64,000 nt of DNA, taken from the NCBI GenBank assembly GCA_002811645.1, contig PDIP01000029.1:32885-96884 (forward strand), read 5' to 3'. A program made the position numbers and the translations under genes. Shown piece after piece: positions 53,578-64,000 of the stretch. The notes beneath the pieces were generated by a model. That model had not been told where the DNA came from and made no database searches. It was given only the letters and a program-made list of their open reading frames with translations. How positions within the stretch are numbered: position 1 is the first letter of the stretch; each line of letters opens with the position of its first letter. Source of the DNA: Corallochytrium limacisporum Hawaii. Taxonomy: Eukaryota > Protista > Pluriformea.

Positions 53578-54506
53578 CAACACACGCGAAGGCACACCCC
53601 CCCCCCGGGGGGGGTGGACCATTCTTCGGGCACAGAGGGGGGACCCGTTCGGACAGGACAATTCTCGGGATCTGCTGACTGCATTTTACGTTTAGAACGT
53701 AAATTACAACGGAAAATCCACCATCTTTCCTTGATGGTAGGAGGAGCCGCCACGGTGAAACGCCCACGGTTTCATAGGGCGGGATACGAGTCATGCTTCA
53801 CCAATTTCTTCACTGTCTTCAGTATAGTGCCGTAAATGAGGGTTTTTTTCTTCACGGGGAGTGCGTATATGGAGAATGACTGGCGAGCGGGAAAAACCAC
53901 ACTTGGGCCATGGGAGTCAGCAGTGGTTGGCGCGGGGGGACGCGGGTGATCGATCTTTGAGAATGGGAGCACGGGTCAGGCGGGACACGGGTGGAAAAGG
54001 AAAAAGCTGAGAAGCGTTCTGGAGGCCCACCACCGCCATGTCTTGATCTCACTCTTTGCTCTAGTTCGAACACACACGGGGAAAAGAAGACTCTCCTAAC
54101 CGTTGGTGCGCAATGTATTGACAGTGGCCATGTTCTAAAGTATTGTATTGGACATCTTTGCGGGTAAAACGTGACTGCTCGAGTTGGCCGCTCCTAGGCA
54201 TCCTCATGGACAAAAACGTGAAACGGGATGGGTACCAGATTGAAGTAGGAACTGTATTCAAATCAGCAGTTGCTGCAGCCATGGTTGGCATTTCCAAGGG
54301 GAGACTGATTCTGGGGTGCGCTACCAGTGATCTCAGTACACGCAGCCGTTCCGGTACTTGCCGGCGAGCGAGCTCAGAAATCTTCCTTGTGGACTCACGG
54401 CAAGGGAGTACGATTCCGGGGAGCCCGGCAATGTGAAGGCACCGATGGGAGCAGCCATATATAACTCTTGGGGGTTTATTTTACATGTCTTTAGTGGATT
54501 CCACTC

Positions 54507-55322
54507 TCAGAAGTCATCGTAGTAGTCAATGTGTATTCCACTGACGTAGTCCGTTTCCATCAGTTTCAACAGTCGATCAGCAGACGTGAGGCACTTTATC
54601 AGCTTGCCCTGGGCATGCACTTCTTTAAATTGGTTCCGCATGGCGTCGTACTTTAGATTTGTGCGCACTTCACGCTGCCTTCTCGTGTCAAGCGGTCCCG
54701 GTGCGTAGTTGAGGGTCTTGAAGGTGGCTTTGCTGCCCGTCGACTTCTTGTACTCCTCAAATTCTCGGCTCAGGACCTTTAGGAGCATGTCTCGTGACGC
54801 CTTGATGGCACTATACAGACCAATCCCAGGGAATTCAAACAACGCACACAGAGAGCTCAAGTTGACAACATGCATTTCCTTCGTGACTCGGTCCCGGAGC
54901 TGCTCAACGAACATTTTGGTGAGGAATGCAAAGGACGAAAAGTTGAGGTCGAGGTACCCACGAATCAGTTCCAGGTCATATTCATCGATGGATTTGCTTA
55001 GATCTCCTACTGTGCTAACGAAATTGAACAGATAAGCAGACTCTATGCTTTCCGGAAGATCATCCGTCAAGAGCTTCTTCATGCCTGGCTCATATTGTTC
55101 CGGGTTGTTCATGTCAAAGCCGATTGTGTAGACCTTTGCATCTGGGATCACGCCAAAAATTAAATCCTTGGTTTCGTCGAGGCTACGTTCCGGTCGCGCT
55201 GTCAGACGGAACACGGCATTAGACCCAGTGATGCCTCTTTCCTTCAACTGTGAAGCCATAGCGCAGGTAATGGCCTGTCCGAAGCCCTGTGAAGCGCCGG
55301 AGACCACCACAACGGACGCCAT
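54507..55322 (-). CDS. SPR: Sepiapterin reductase-like SDR, copy 4
   Basis: ATG at 55322; 271 aa; SGASQGFG, YSAIK, LNYAPGPLDT, SGIHIDYYD. Confidence 0.88.
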   Translation of the reverse strand: MASVVVVSGASQGFGQAITCAMASQLKERGITGSNAVFRLTARPERSLDETKDLIFGVIPDAKVYTIGFDMNNPEQYEPGMKKLLTDDLPESIESAYLFNFVSTVGDLSKSIDEYDLELIRGYLDLNFSSFAFLTKMFVEQLRDRVTKEMHVVNLSSLCALFEFPGIGLYSAIKASRDMLLKVLSREFEEYKKSTGSKATFKTLNYAPGPLDTRRQREVRTNLKYDAMRNQFKEVHAQGKLIKCLTSADRLLKLMETDYVSGIHIDYYDDF

Positions 55323-56659
55323 TGTCACTGTAGGTCTATTTGGAACCTATTCGTTATTGTAGAGCCACAGACACCGCAAACAATCCACCTGGCGGTCCCG
55401 TAAATAAACTCAGTGTGGAACGTGAGGAAAGCACAAGTCCACGCGCACACGTCCACAAAAGCAACACACAGGGCACTAATGCACCTATTCAGAGAGTCAC
55501 CCATTTATGTAATAGCTGCATTCTGGATCTTGCAATGTGACTAGCACCGGAAAATTCTTTTCTGGACAGTACGATGACTCTCATGGCAAGAAGTCACGGT
55601 TCCATTGTGCGCAAAGCATGTCACCGCACCGTCGATTTCTTCACTGTGTACCTACTGTCCATCGATCCATCTACTACCAAGCCCCTCTACCCCTGAATGG
55701 CCTCTCGGACGAGGTAATACGGCCCCGGGCACATGTTAGAGGGTTGTGCTCAGTTATTTACTATGTGTTTGCGTGTAGCTATTACCCCCCTTGTGCTTCT
55801 CTCGGAGCCCTTGCCTCCGGGGGGGGGGGGCAAAAGGGCCCTGGGAAGCGAAAAGCCACAGTGGCCAGAATGACCGCCATATGAGTTTTGGGGGGGGGTG
55901 GGGGGGAGGAAACCCGGGTGCGTTCCACAGGTGCGGTACCTGCCAAATATTATCTTTGTTCTTATATCCATCACCCGAGTACCAAATTTGCCGACGAATC
56001 TGACCGCGCTCTAATTTTTTCTTTTTTTTTTTTTCCGCGCGAGAGAACGACCCCCGCTAAGGCAGAGGAACGAACGGAAAAAAAAGCCCCACGGGAACTG
56101 AGCTCCAGCGGGAGTGCTAAAAAAGCACCCCGCAGTCCTGCACTGTGTAGGATGCACTCTACTGACAACCGAAGGAGGAAGGAAAGGGAGGGGGGGGGGG
56201 ATTGTGGGACCGGGACGGGTTTCCCACCGGCCCCGCAGGGGAAGGAAGGGGGGGGGTTGGTTGGTTGGTTTGCGCGTAAATCCCAAGCGACTTTTATCCG
56301 CAGCCAGTGGTGGATCTATGGCAAATCAATATTGGCTGAGTTGCTCAGTGTTGCGGCACTGAGGGATGAGGACTGTTGGGCGTTTTGAGCGCATAAATTG
56401 AGTCGTCGGGAGTGAGGGTGCGCCGGATCTTTTCGCTCCGCTCTGCGCACGTCTCAAGGCTCAACACGGAACAATCGGTTAATCGACACGGGGTGATCGC
56501 ACAACAAAGGAGACCCTTGCACTTTTTTCGAACGAAGTGTTCATATGCTATGCTACTGATTATCTATATTATTCACCTTGCTTGCGGATCAAATGCTTGG
56601 ACCACCATGAGAGCATCGTGTTCTGAATATTCTTAAATGATACTGGGGAAGGCTTCGTC

Positions 56660-58033
56660 TCATCGCCAGTTTCCGGATTCAGAGCGGTTGTCAACCTGAC
56701 AGAATGATGATTGCTGGTTCTTGGTCTGGAAACGGGTCCGCGGCGAGTAAAATGTGTCGCCCTCAAACTGGAAACCGGGCTTCTCAACATTGGGAGTGGT
56801 GTAGCCAGAGTTGGCAGCTGCCGCTGTCATGGCGGCACGGCCAAGGGGAGATTGGCCCCGGTGTAGGCTACCAGTGGATCCCAGCGGGCCCGGTGCACCC
56901 AGTCGTTCCTGTCCTTGACGCCGAGATGAGTCCGGAAGCCTTCCTCGTGGACTTGCACTCGGGGAGTACGATGCCGGGGAGCCCGGTGATGTGAAGACAC
57001 CGATGGGAGGCACACACTTTCCATTTGTGGCATGTCCACCAGCGGCTGGGATGTCAGGGCTCAAGGGTGAAGCAGAAAGTTTGTTTGGTGATCCACGAGG
57101 GGTCCTGGAAACATGTAAACTGTTATCGTTGCCGCTCAGATCATTGCCGTGGAAGCTGTAGTTGCCACGGGGAGACGGCATTGGTGAGCTGGTTGGCGTA
57201 GCCCGGGGTGACTGGATGTGAGTGAACCATTTCACGTATAGGCTGTCTTCGTCATGGCCGAGGACATCACGGATGTGTTGCTTGGTGACGTTCAAGTGCT
57301 TCATGTCGAAACGTTTGCGGGTCCATATGGAGATGGAATCGTAGGTCGGGCGAAGGTTGATCACGACACCATTAATAATGTGCGCGAAATTGAACTCCTC
57401 GCTCAAAATCGTGATCAGCATACGTAGGTATAGAGGCTTGAACTGTTCCCGAGTGCTCCTACGAATCATGACTAGCCATTCGCCACCGAGCAAATTTTGA
57501 GGATCTTCCTTTAGAGGAGCAACACCCTTGCGAAACATTCTGATGTTGCGCCGATCCTGCATATCATCAAATGCAACCAGCTCCTCAGCATTCGCGTTGA
57601 GTACCTGCCTGAACTCCTGAAGAGTACCAAAATGGCCCATGGGATCCAGAGCGTCAGCCTGATCATCAGCACGGTTGCCTGTGGCCTTGTTGCGGTCAAT
57701 GTAGAAGCACCAAGGGCTGTTCAATGGTTGTTGATCCTGCAGTTCCTCGCGGGCCTGACTGCCGAATATCTTTGAGACAGGGGACGGAGAACGACCACCT
57801 TCCCGAGCAGCATGAGTAAATACGTCAATCTCAGCAGTCTCAGTGTTACTGTCCATGAATGAACTTACTGTATCTTCGCTGTCTTCCCGGTCGAGCTGAA
57901 GCATGCGAGGCATCATATCTTTCTTGACCTTTTCGTCGTCGTCGTCTTCGAGATCAAGCCCCGCAATTGCACACTCCAGTGCAAGCCGCGGAGTGTGCAT
58001 CTCGTCCACGGTCATCTCTTCTTTATCCGCCAT
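56660..58033 (-). CDS. Atypical eIF4E-family protein with an acidic N-terminal extension and a Ser/Pro-rich C-terminal extension
   Basis: PLNSPWCFY, FGTLQEF, FRKGVAPLKEDPQNLLGGEW, INGVVINLR, ISIW match the eIF4E core spacing. Confidence 0.88.
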   Translation of the reverse strand: MADKEEMTVDEMHTPRLALECAIAGLDLEDDDDEKVKKDMMPRMLQLDREDSEDTVSSFMDSNTETAEIDVFTHAAREGGRSPSPVSKIFGSQAREELQDQQPLNSPWCFYIDRNKATGNRADDQADALDPMGHFGTLQEFRQVLNANAEELVAFDDMQDRRNIRMFRKGVAPLKEDPQNLLGGEWLVMIRRSTREQFKPLYLRMLITILSEEFNFAHIINGVVINLRPTYDSISIWTRKRFDMKHLNVTKQHIRDVLGHDEDSLYVKWFTHIQSPRATPTSSPMPSPRGNYSFHGNDLSGNDNSLHVSRTPRGSPNKLSASPLSPDIPAAGGHATNGKCVPPIGVFTSPGSPASYSPSASPRGRLPDSSRRQGQERLGAPGPLGSTGSLHRGQSPLGRAAMTAAAANSGYTTPNVEKPGFQFEGDTFYSPRTRFQTKNQQSSFCQVDNRSESGNWR

Positions 58034-59152
58034 TTACGTTCTGTTGAATATAGCACCACACACTCTACCTATTCTCGTTTCCACACTTGATCTTTTCTCA
58101 CACGTAGGACTCGCTTGGACACACTTCACACAAAGATAACGTGTAGAGCCGACAGGGAAGTGTTTGAGCCTTGCTTCGGCGATCAATCCTAAAACAATAA
58201 CCCTGATGCAACCATACCGCCTCTGTCATCTGAGGGACGTGTGGATCACATATATCCATGCCAGAGGACCTCTTTCGAAAATACCTTCATAAATTGAATG
58301 GCATCTGGGGAAGCGGCCGGACACGATTGAGATATATTTTGTCGAATGCAATTAGTGAAGGAAAGAGCACCGCATCTAACTTCCATGTAGGTACACATGC
58401 CAGATTCATGCGATGGCACAGACGGCACATACAGATCTCGGTCCGTTGTGCTTCTCTGTTTGTGTGTAGTGTGCCACTGTGATTGTGTAACGAATGCTTA
58501 AATTGCTCGGGAGCATACATCATTTCCCCTTTGGGCCACCCAATATGCAATTGTCAGCAGGAAATTGGTAGTGACCCCCCACCGGCGGGACGGGTACCCC
58601 TTCTTTCACTATAGCGCGAGCCCTCCAATCCAAACTTTTTCCGCTTTTTCCTCCAATTGGACGAAACGACGACAGGCGCGACGCGTTTGGATTAGATGGA
58701 CCGGACCCCGGCGCTGCAAGGTAAGGCCCCCCCCCCCCGGGGGGGGGGAGACCATGTAGGGAACACTGGGAGGAAAAGCAAAGAAAAGAAAAAAAAAGGG
58801 TAGAGAAAGGAAGAAAAAAAAACCTCTCCTCGGGCCCGGCTTCCTCGTTTCTTTCATTATTCTTTCCACACCGCTCCCCCGGGGCCCCCCGGGGGGGGGG
58901 CGCCTGTTCTCTTCCTTTTTTACTTTTGCAGTGGCGGGGCTTTGGTCAGACTAGCGCGATGGGACGCGGACGACGACCGGGCGATACACATAGCCCCCCC
59001 CCTCTTTTCCTCCAATGTGCGCCTCTCAACACCGAACAAAAAAAAAGGGGGCAGAACCTCCCCGCTCTCTCACTCACTCTCTCTCTCTCTCTCGCGCTCG
59101 GCGGAATGCCATAGCAGCGAAGGGAGAGAAGGGCACTTCCAACAACCGACGA

Positions 59153-59424
59153 ACCCAGAGAAAATAACACCCCCAGCCCCTCCCCCTCCTGCCNNNNNNN
59201 NNNNNNNNNNNNNNNNNNNNNNNNNNNNNNNNNNNNNNNNNNNNNNNNNNNNNNNNNNNNNNNNNNNNNNNNNNNNNNNNNNNNNNNNNNNNNNNNNNNN
59301 NNNNNNNNNNNNNNNNNNNNNNNNNNNNNNNNNNNNNNNNNNNNNNNNNNNNNNNNNNNNNNNNNNNNNNNNNNNNNNNNNNNACCCAGAGAAAATAACC
59401 CCCCCAGCCCCTCCCCCTCCTGCC
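59153..59424 (+). repeat. 41-nt direct repeat (59153-59193 and 59384-59424) flanking the N gap at 59194-59383
   Basis: ACCCAGAGAAAATAAC[A/C]CCCCCAGCCCCTCCCCCTCCTGCC on both sides with one mismatch; probably unmerged overlapping contig ends. Confidence 0.9.
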
Positions 59425-62400
59425 CCCCCCCCGGCGCGACAGCTCTCGGCCGTGGCCGGCAGGTCTTTTTGGAGTGCCCGGAGCACGGCAGCGGTAGCCC
59501 TTGCCCGCGGTTGGCTGGAAGGGGGGGGGTGGAGATGGAACCCCTCCCCGGGACAGGGCGGCGGTATGGGGCCTGCCTTATCGTTCTGTGCTTTGGGTTC
59601 TTTACAGCGTGTACTGAAAGGCAAGTGGTAAAATCCTCGGCCGTAATGTACGGACATGTCCCGAGGTTTTGGGGGAAGAGTTCCAAGCGGGGCACGCAGG
59701 CCTGGTAGCAGCAGAGTGCTTGTCGAAGACATGGACTCCCCCCTCCCTTCACGAGCACCTATGACACCCACCCACAGCCGCAGACCGGTAAGGAATATTA
59801 CGGCGTGTGGAAAGCCCGGGCACGGCTTCGGATCTTGGAGTCTGTTGCATGTCGTGGCCTTTCTACATGCTTCCCCAAATTGTGGTACGTCGATAGCTGC
59901 AGTATTTCTACACCTAGCGCACGCACGATCTGAACACCGTCATATCCAAGAGACACGTACATTTCAGACTCCGTCTCCAGGGATCATTATTGCGTTACGA
60001 GGACGATGAAGTGCCATATATAGTCTACTACTGACAGTTTACTTTGGGCGACGGGGACCTATCAAAAAATTTGACAGAAAACTTTCGGACGGGACTGGTA
60101 ACCCAAATGTGGACGACCAGGACGGAGGGGTAGGGGGTCCAAGGACCCAAAAAGGTCACGGTTGTCGTATAAACCAGGTATCCACAACTCGCCAGCGATA
60201 GGTCCAGATGAAGGACTTACAGGTAAGCTAGGAGCATCCCTTTTGATGCTGCCTCGTTACCGGTCTGAAATTCTCCACATACAGACTAGGGGCGCAGCTA
60301 GTGCATGGGTGGTTATCTATGGTAGCGGCACCGCCGGCGAAGACGTTTCTTTTTATCCGCCTAGAATGAGCACAATGAGGACAAGCTGGAATGCGGACAG
60401 CGGTGCGACTCGCACAGTGCATTGTACGGAACGTGCCGTGGGGGGCTTTGAACGAAGATGTGTTCTTGACTTTTCAACCCCATTAGTCTACACTCCTACT
60501 CGGACATGCGAAATGGTGAAGCGTTGCTCTCAGCACGCCGGTACTCGTTGCGAAGCCAGCCATTGTTGTGCAACTGGAGCAATCCAACCGGCACCGTCTG
60601 CACCGCCTTCCACCCCACCGCATTTTCTCCAGCGTGGGTTTCCTGGGCCATTGGCAGATGTTTGGATGGTGGAAGTGCTTTGAAATGGGAGTTCAAAGGT
60701 CTCGCTAATAGTGTGGTCCAGTTCGAAGATCCCATAGATGAAATCTATCGCCAGAAGGAAGTCACATAGGACTTTGATGGCACCCCAGTCCCGGCATGTT
60801 GATGCTACTACGTGGATCCACGGCAGAAATTTTAATGGGATGGCAGCACAGTTGTATGTCTCTACTAAAAGTACTGACAAGAGCGGAACCCACAAAGAAC
60901 AGTACACACTTGATCCAGATCTCTTGTCTGTGATTTTTTGATTATTTAATATTCATTTACAAATTTAGATTTTCAATCAAAATTATTGCTGTATATTTTG
61001 AATATTTTAATCAGGATTCATTTCATTGAGATGCCCATGTGCACCAATGGCACTGTTAGACTCTGCTGATCCTCTCCTCAGCAGAGTTTCCGATATATTC
61101 ATTTTGCCCGAAATCGCGCAGGTAATGGGGTATTACACTGTTCATATTACGATCAATCGTATAAAGATTCTACTGCACTTTACTTTGCTAGTAATTCCGT
61201 GGGCGGGTTTGTTGGGACATTGGGTTGAAGATTACGTATTGCGAATTGATAGGACCAGACTTTTGCAAAATAGTCCGACAAAAGCCCATCGCAGCACACC
61301 GCCTATCAGCATATACATTAGCGAGGACTGCATGCGTGCTCGCTCGGACCGTAGTTCCGTGGCTATTCGATGACCCCCAATCCTCCGGTAGCAAGCAAAC
61401 GAGGGTGGAACTTGGTGTTTCTTCGGTACTCGCAGAGCATTGGCAGCAGAGAATATAATACGCCGCATCTTTGTTGCCGCTACTTCTGTCTGCTGGGCGG
61501 CGGAATACTGTCGCCTGTTCTGGGTGTGAGACGATGCGCCTTATTCTTCTGTGTCACTCGTTTTAGTTTTATGGGCGCGATTCTACCACTGTCTTATCTA
61601 TAGAGGGGATACATGAATGTGGAAGAACTTATCTGGGATATGTCACGCTGTGCGCATACAGAGCAGAGCAGAACAACAACTTGCGACCACCAAGCGCGAG
61701 GTTCAAACATCTCCAATCGTTTGTCCAGTGCCATGCACGCCCAGAAGCACTGTACACTTTTCTCTCCTCCACTTCAATAGAAGCACTATCCGGACATGGC
61801 CATTTTAAGGTCTACTACTGTTGCCAGAATGCATGTGAGCGATGGATGACGGAAAGTGCCGAACGCGAGAGCAGAACGGAAGAAAAGAATCATCAGAACG
61901 CAAATCTTTGTCAAGCAGTAGGAGCAGAACCGACGAAGATGCGGAAAGGACAAAATGAATCAAGAAAACAAGGCGAGGACGGGACACCCCCCCCCCCGGG
62001 ATAAGTGACCGCCAAGTTGTAAGTTTTGGAGGAATAACACCAGGAGAAGGGCACGATTGCATCCACCCCGTATTTGTTTCTCCTCGTCCACTCATCTCTT
62101 TTGGGTAGGGATTGTTACCAAAATGGTAAGTAATAACGAGTAATTGCTGTTCTATCAGTGTGTTTACATTGAGGTCTGCCGGGTTACTCCGATGGCCGCT
62201 GTGGCTTTTGGTGGCCTTGTTTGACATTCTACCAGAGCTGTCAGTTCTTTAACAGTTCATTGACATTTGCCCGCTGGCCCCGAGGTCAAGATATGTATAG
62301 CCCGAGGTTGATTTCCGGCAAATGTGAGCTGCGGAATGACCCGCAAAGGGGACTATCAATCCGCTTCGAGCGCCACTTGTTGGACTCGCCGGGCCCACAC

Positions 62401-64000
62401 CCATTGAAATCATCCCAAAGGCGCGCATCCACACACCCACCTTCTGCATCCCTGAAACATTCTTGTGCTTTGTACATGGGTGTATCGGCAAATCATACCG
62501 GTACGGTTTCAGTCCGCAATTGAGTATAATAGTGTCTACATGATAGACGCACGCTCGAAACGGAACTGTATGTACCGTACCCTCATTGCATAGTAGTGCT
62601 TATGGTCCTGGTCATCAGAGAGGATTCATCCACCACCTCAGCATGCCGTGGGACACATGGAACAGCAGGCAAACCAGGGAGAGTATATCCAAATGGGTTC
62701 GTGTTTCTTCCAGCGAGGGTTCCGACAGAGCACGGTGGCAGCAATCGACAGAACACGACAGTTGACATCTTTGAGCCGCCAGTCCACCATGCCCCACCAC
62801 GACAAGAATGTTTACGGGAGACCTGCTTCATGAGGGTGCTTAGTCACAGTCGCAGTTTCGATCCGACCACACCAATGCAAGACGTGTTTATGACCGAACA
62901 CAAGAGATACATAATTCGAACCGGTCCCATACTCGTCAATTCTTTAATCGAGAGTAATTTTGTGCAAGAATGCTCTGCGAGCCGATCTCTGCCTGTGTTC
63001 GAAGACGTAAGAAGTGTAATTAGTCCGTGTCGCTGACAGAGCTTCGACGAGATTGGACGGTATATTCTTCGTCACAGCGCAGCAAACTGTAATGGCGAGC
63101 CTTGAGTATTTGTAAACTGCAGGGCTGCATGTCGACATCAACGAGGGACGAGTACTTTGATGTTCAGTCTGAGAGAATACCCTACTCGAATATGTTTGGC
63201 CTTCATATATATCATTACCAACAGAAGTCGATGACTAGAATTAAGTGGTTTGTTGGCGTATCGAGCTCCGTTTCGTCGGGCGGCCGGGAGAGTGTGTGGG
63301 GGAGGTCTAGGACGATACACCCGCGCAGATACTCTTCCACACACATGAATGCTTCCCTCAAGTCTGCTCTGGGCGCTCTTGGAATCATTCGCAGCGAACT
63401 GAAGGAAGTCCTGCTCAAGTCACTGACATCGAGAATTCGCTTGTCAACGCAGCCCATGCCATATGCATACCTTCTCATCCATGTAGATTGGCCATCCCAC
63501 TATCATACTTTTTGGAGGAGGACTAGGCCTGAGCACCGCCACGGCACCATGTACATTCTTTGCATCCACCCTGTTCAAACTGCCCTTGCCCTCTAATTCT
63601 CTGCGTGCCCTGTTACAAGTGCCAGCGGTTGTGGCCCTCTTGAAGTGAGTCGACATAGATCGAATGAAACAAGGTTTTGATTCTCTTCACATGGTGCAAT
63701 TCCACAATTCAAGGAATCTTGTGGCTAGCAGCTCTTGTAAGGAAACATCAGCTGTAGGCGTGTTCGGAGAGATTGTGGAAGAGGCTAGAGCACCGAATTA
63801 TCGCTGTCCGTGTTTGTTCTGAATGTGAAATGGTGTGGTGGCTGTATGAATCGCCTTAAGTGAATCCTTTTTTGGCGATTATTTGACTATTCGAGCGGGA
63901 GGATCCTAATGAGATGATCCATTCTGCATACCAACCTCTGCCCCATAAGTTAAGGAGGAATTTAGGTTTATAGGGTCGCAACCTTCTTTGAATCAAATAA

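Noticed and set aside
59153-59424. Direct repeat read as an LTR or target-site duplication of an insertion
   Set aside because: The copies directly abut an N gap, typical of unmerged overlapping contig ends
59966-60010. U3 snoRNA-like words (GACT..CAGGGATCATT, ACGAGGACGA)
   Set aside because: Spacing far too short, and no box B/C/D or terminal stem follows
1-64000. tRNA, rRNA, spliceosomal snRNA, CRISPR array, transposase or reverse transcriptase genes
   Set aside because: TTCGA-type hits (e.g. about 7997, 12524, 37358) lack T-stems; ATACTTAC hits fit minus-strand splice donors rather than U1; no repeat-spacer periodicity or DDE/RT motifs seen by eye

Overview
Gene-dense eukaryotic nuclear DNA that is strikingly intron-poor: 3-7 kb genes are single-exon, and only COX6A and one orphan gene have clear GT-AG coding introns. 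The gene set (GIT-type ArfGAP, sepiapterin reductase, spatacsin, CAPZB, PUSL1) suggests a unicellular opisthokont, probably a holozoan; a Corallochytrium-like lineage is an inference only. Gene order: a partial CDS, COX6A, RPB5, mitochondrial Lon, RPN2, a Q/S-rich orphan, RPL34, CAPZB, a spliced orphan, a frameshifted NAD(P)H-FMN/quinone reductase, a MATE transporter, PUSL1, acetylornithine deacetylase, an RA-GIT ArfGAP, an alpha/beta-hydrolase/cysteine-phosphatase fusion, SPG11, four tandem sepiapterin-reductase paralogues and an atypical eIF4E. The strongest leads are three intact ORFs that have lost their key functional residues: an eIF4E with neither cap-stacking Trp nor the dorsal Trp, a GIT with an added RA domain whose arginine finger is Trp, and an SPR paralogue with YxxxK changed to FxxxK inside a diverging 4-gene array. 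Several intergenic stretches are homopolymer-rich, flank N gaps and look like low-quality sequence. I found no tRNA, rRNA, CRISPR array or recognisable transposon. All family assignments come from motif recognition by eye, not from database searches.
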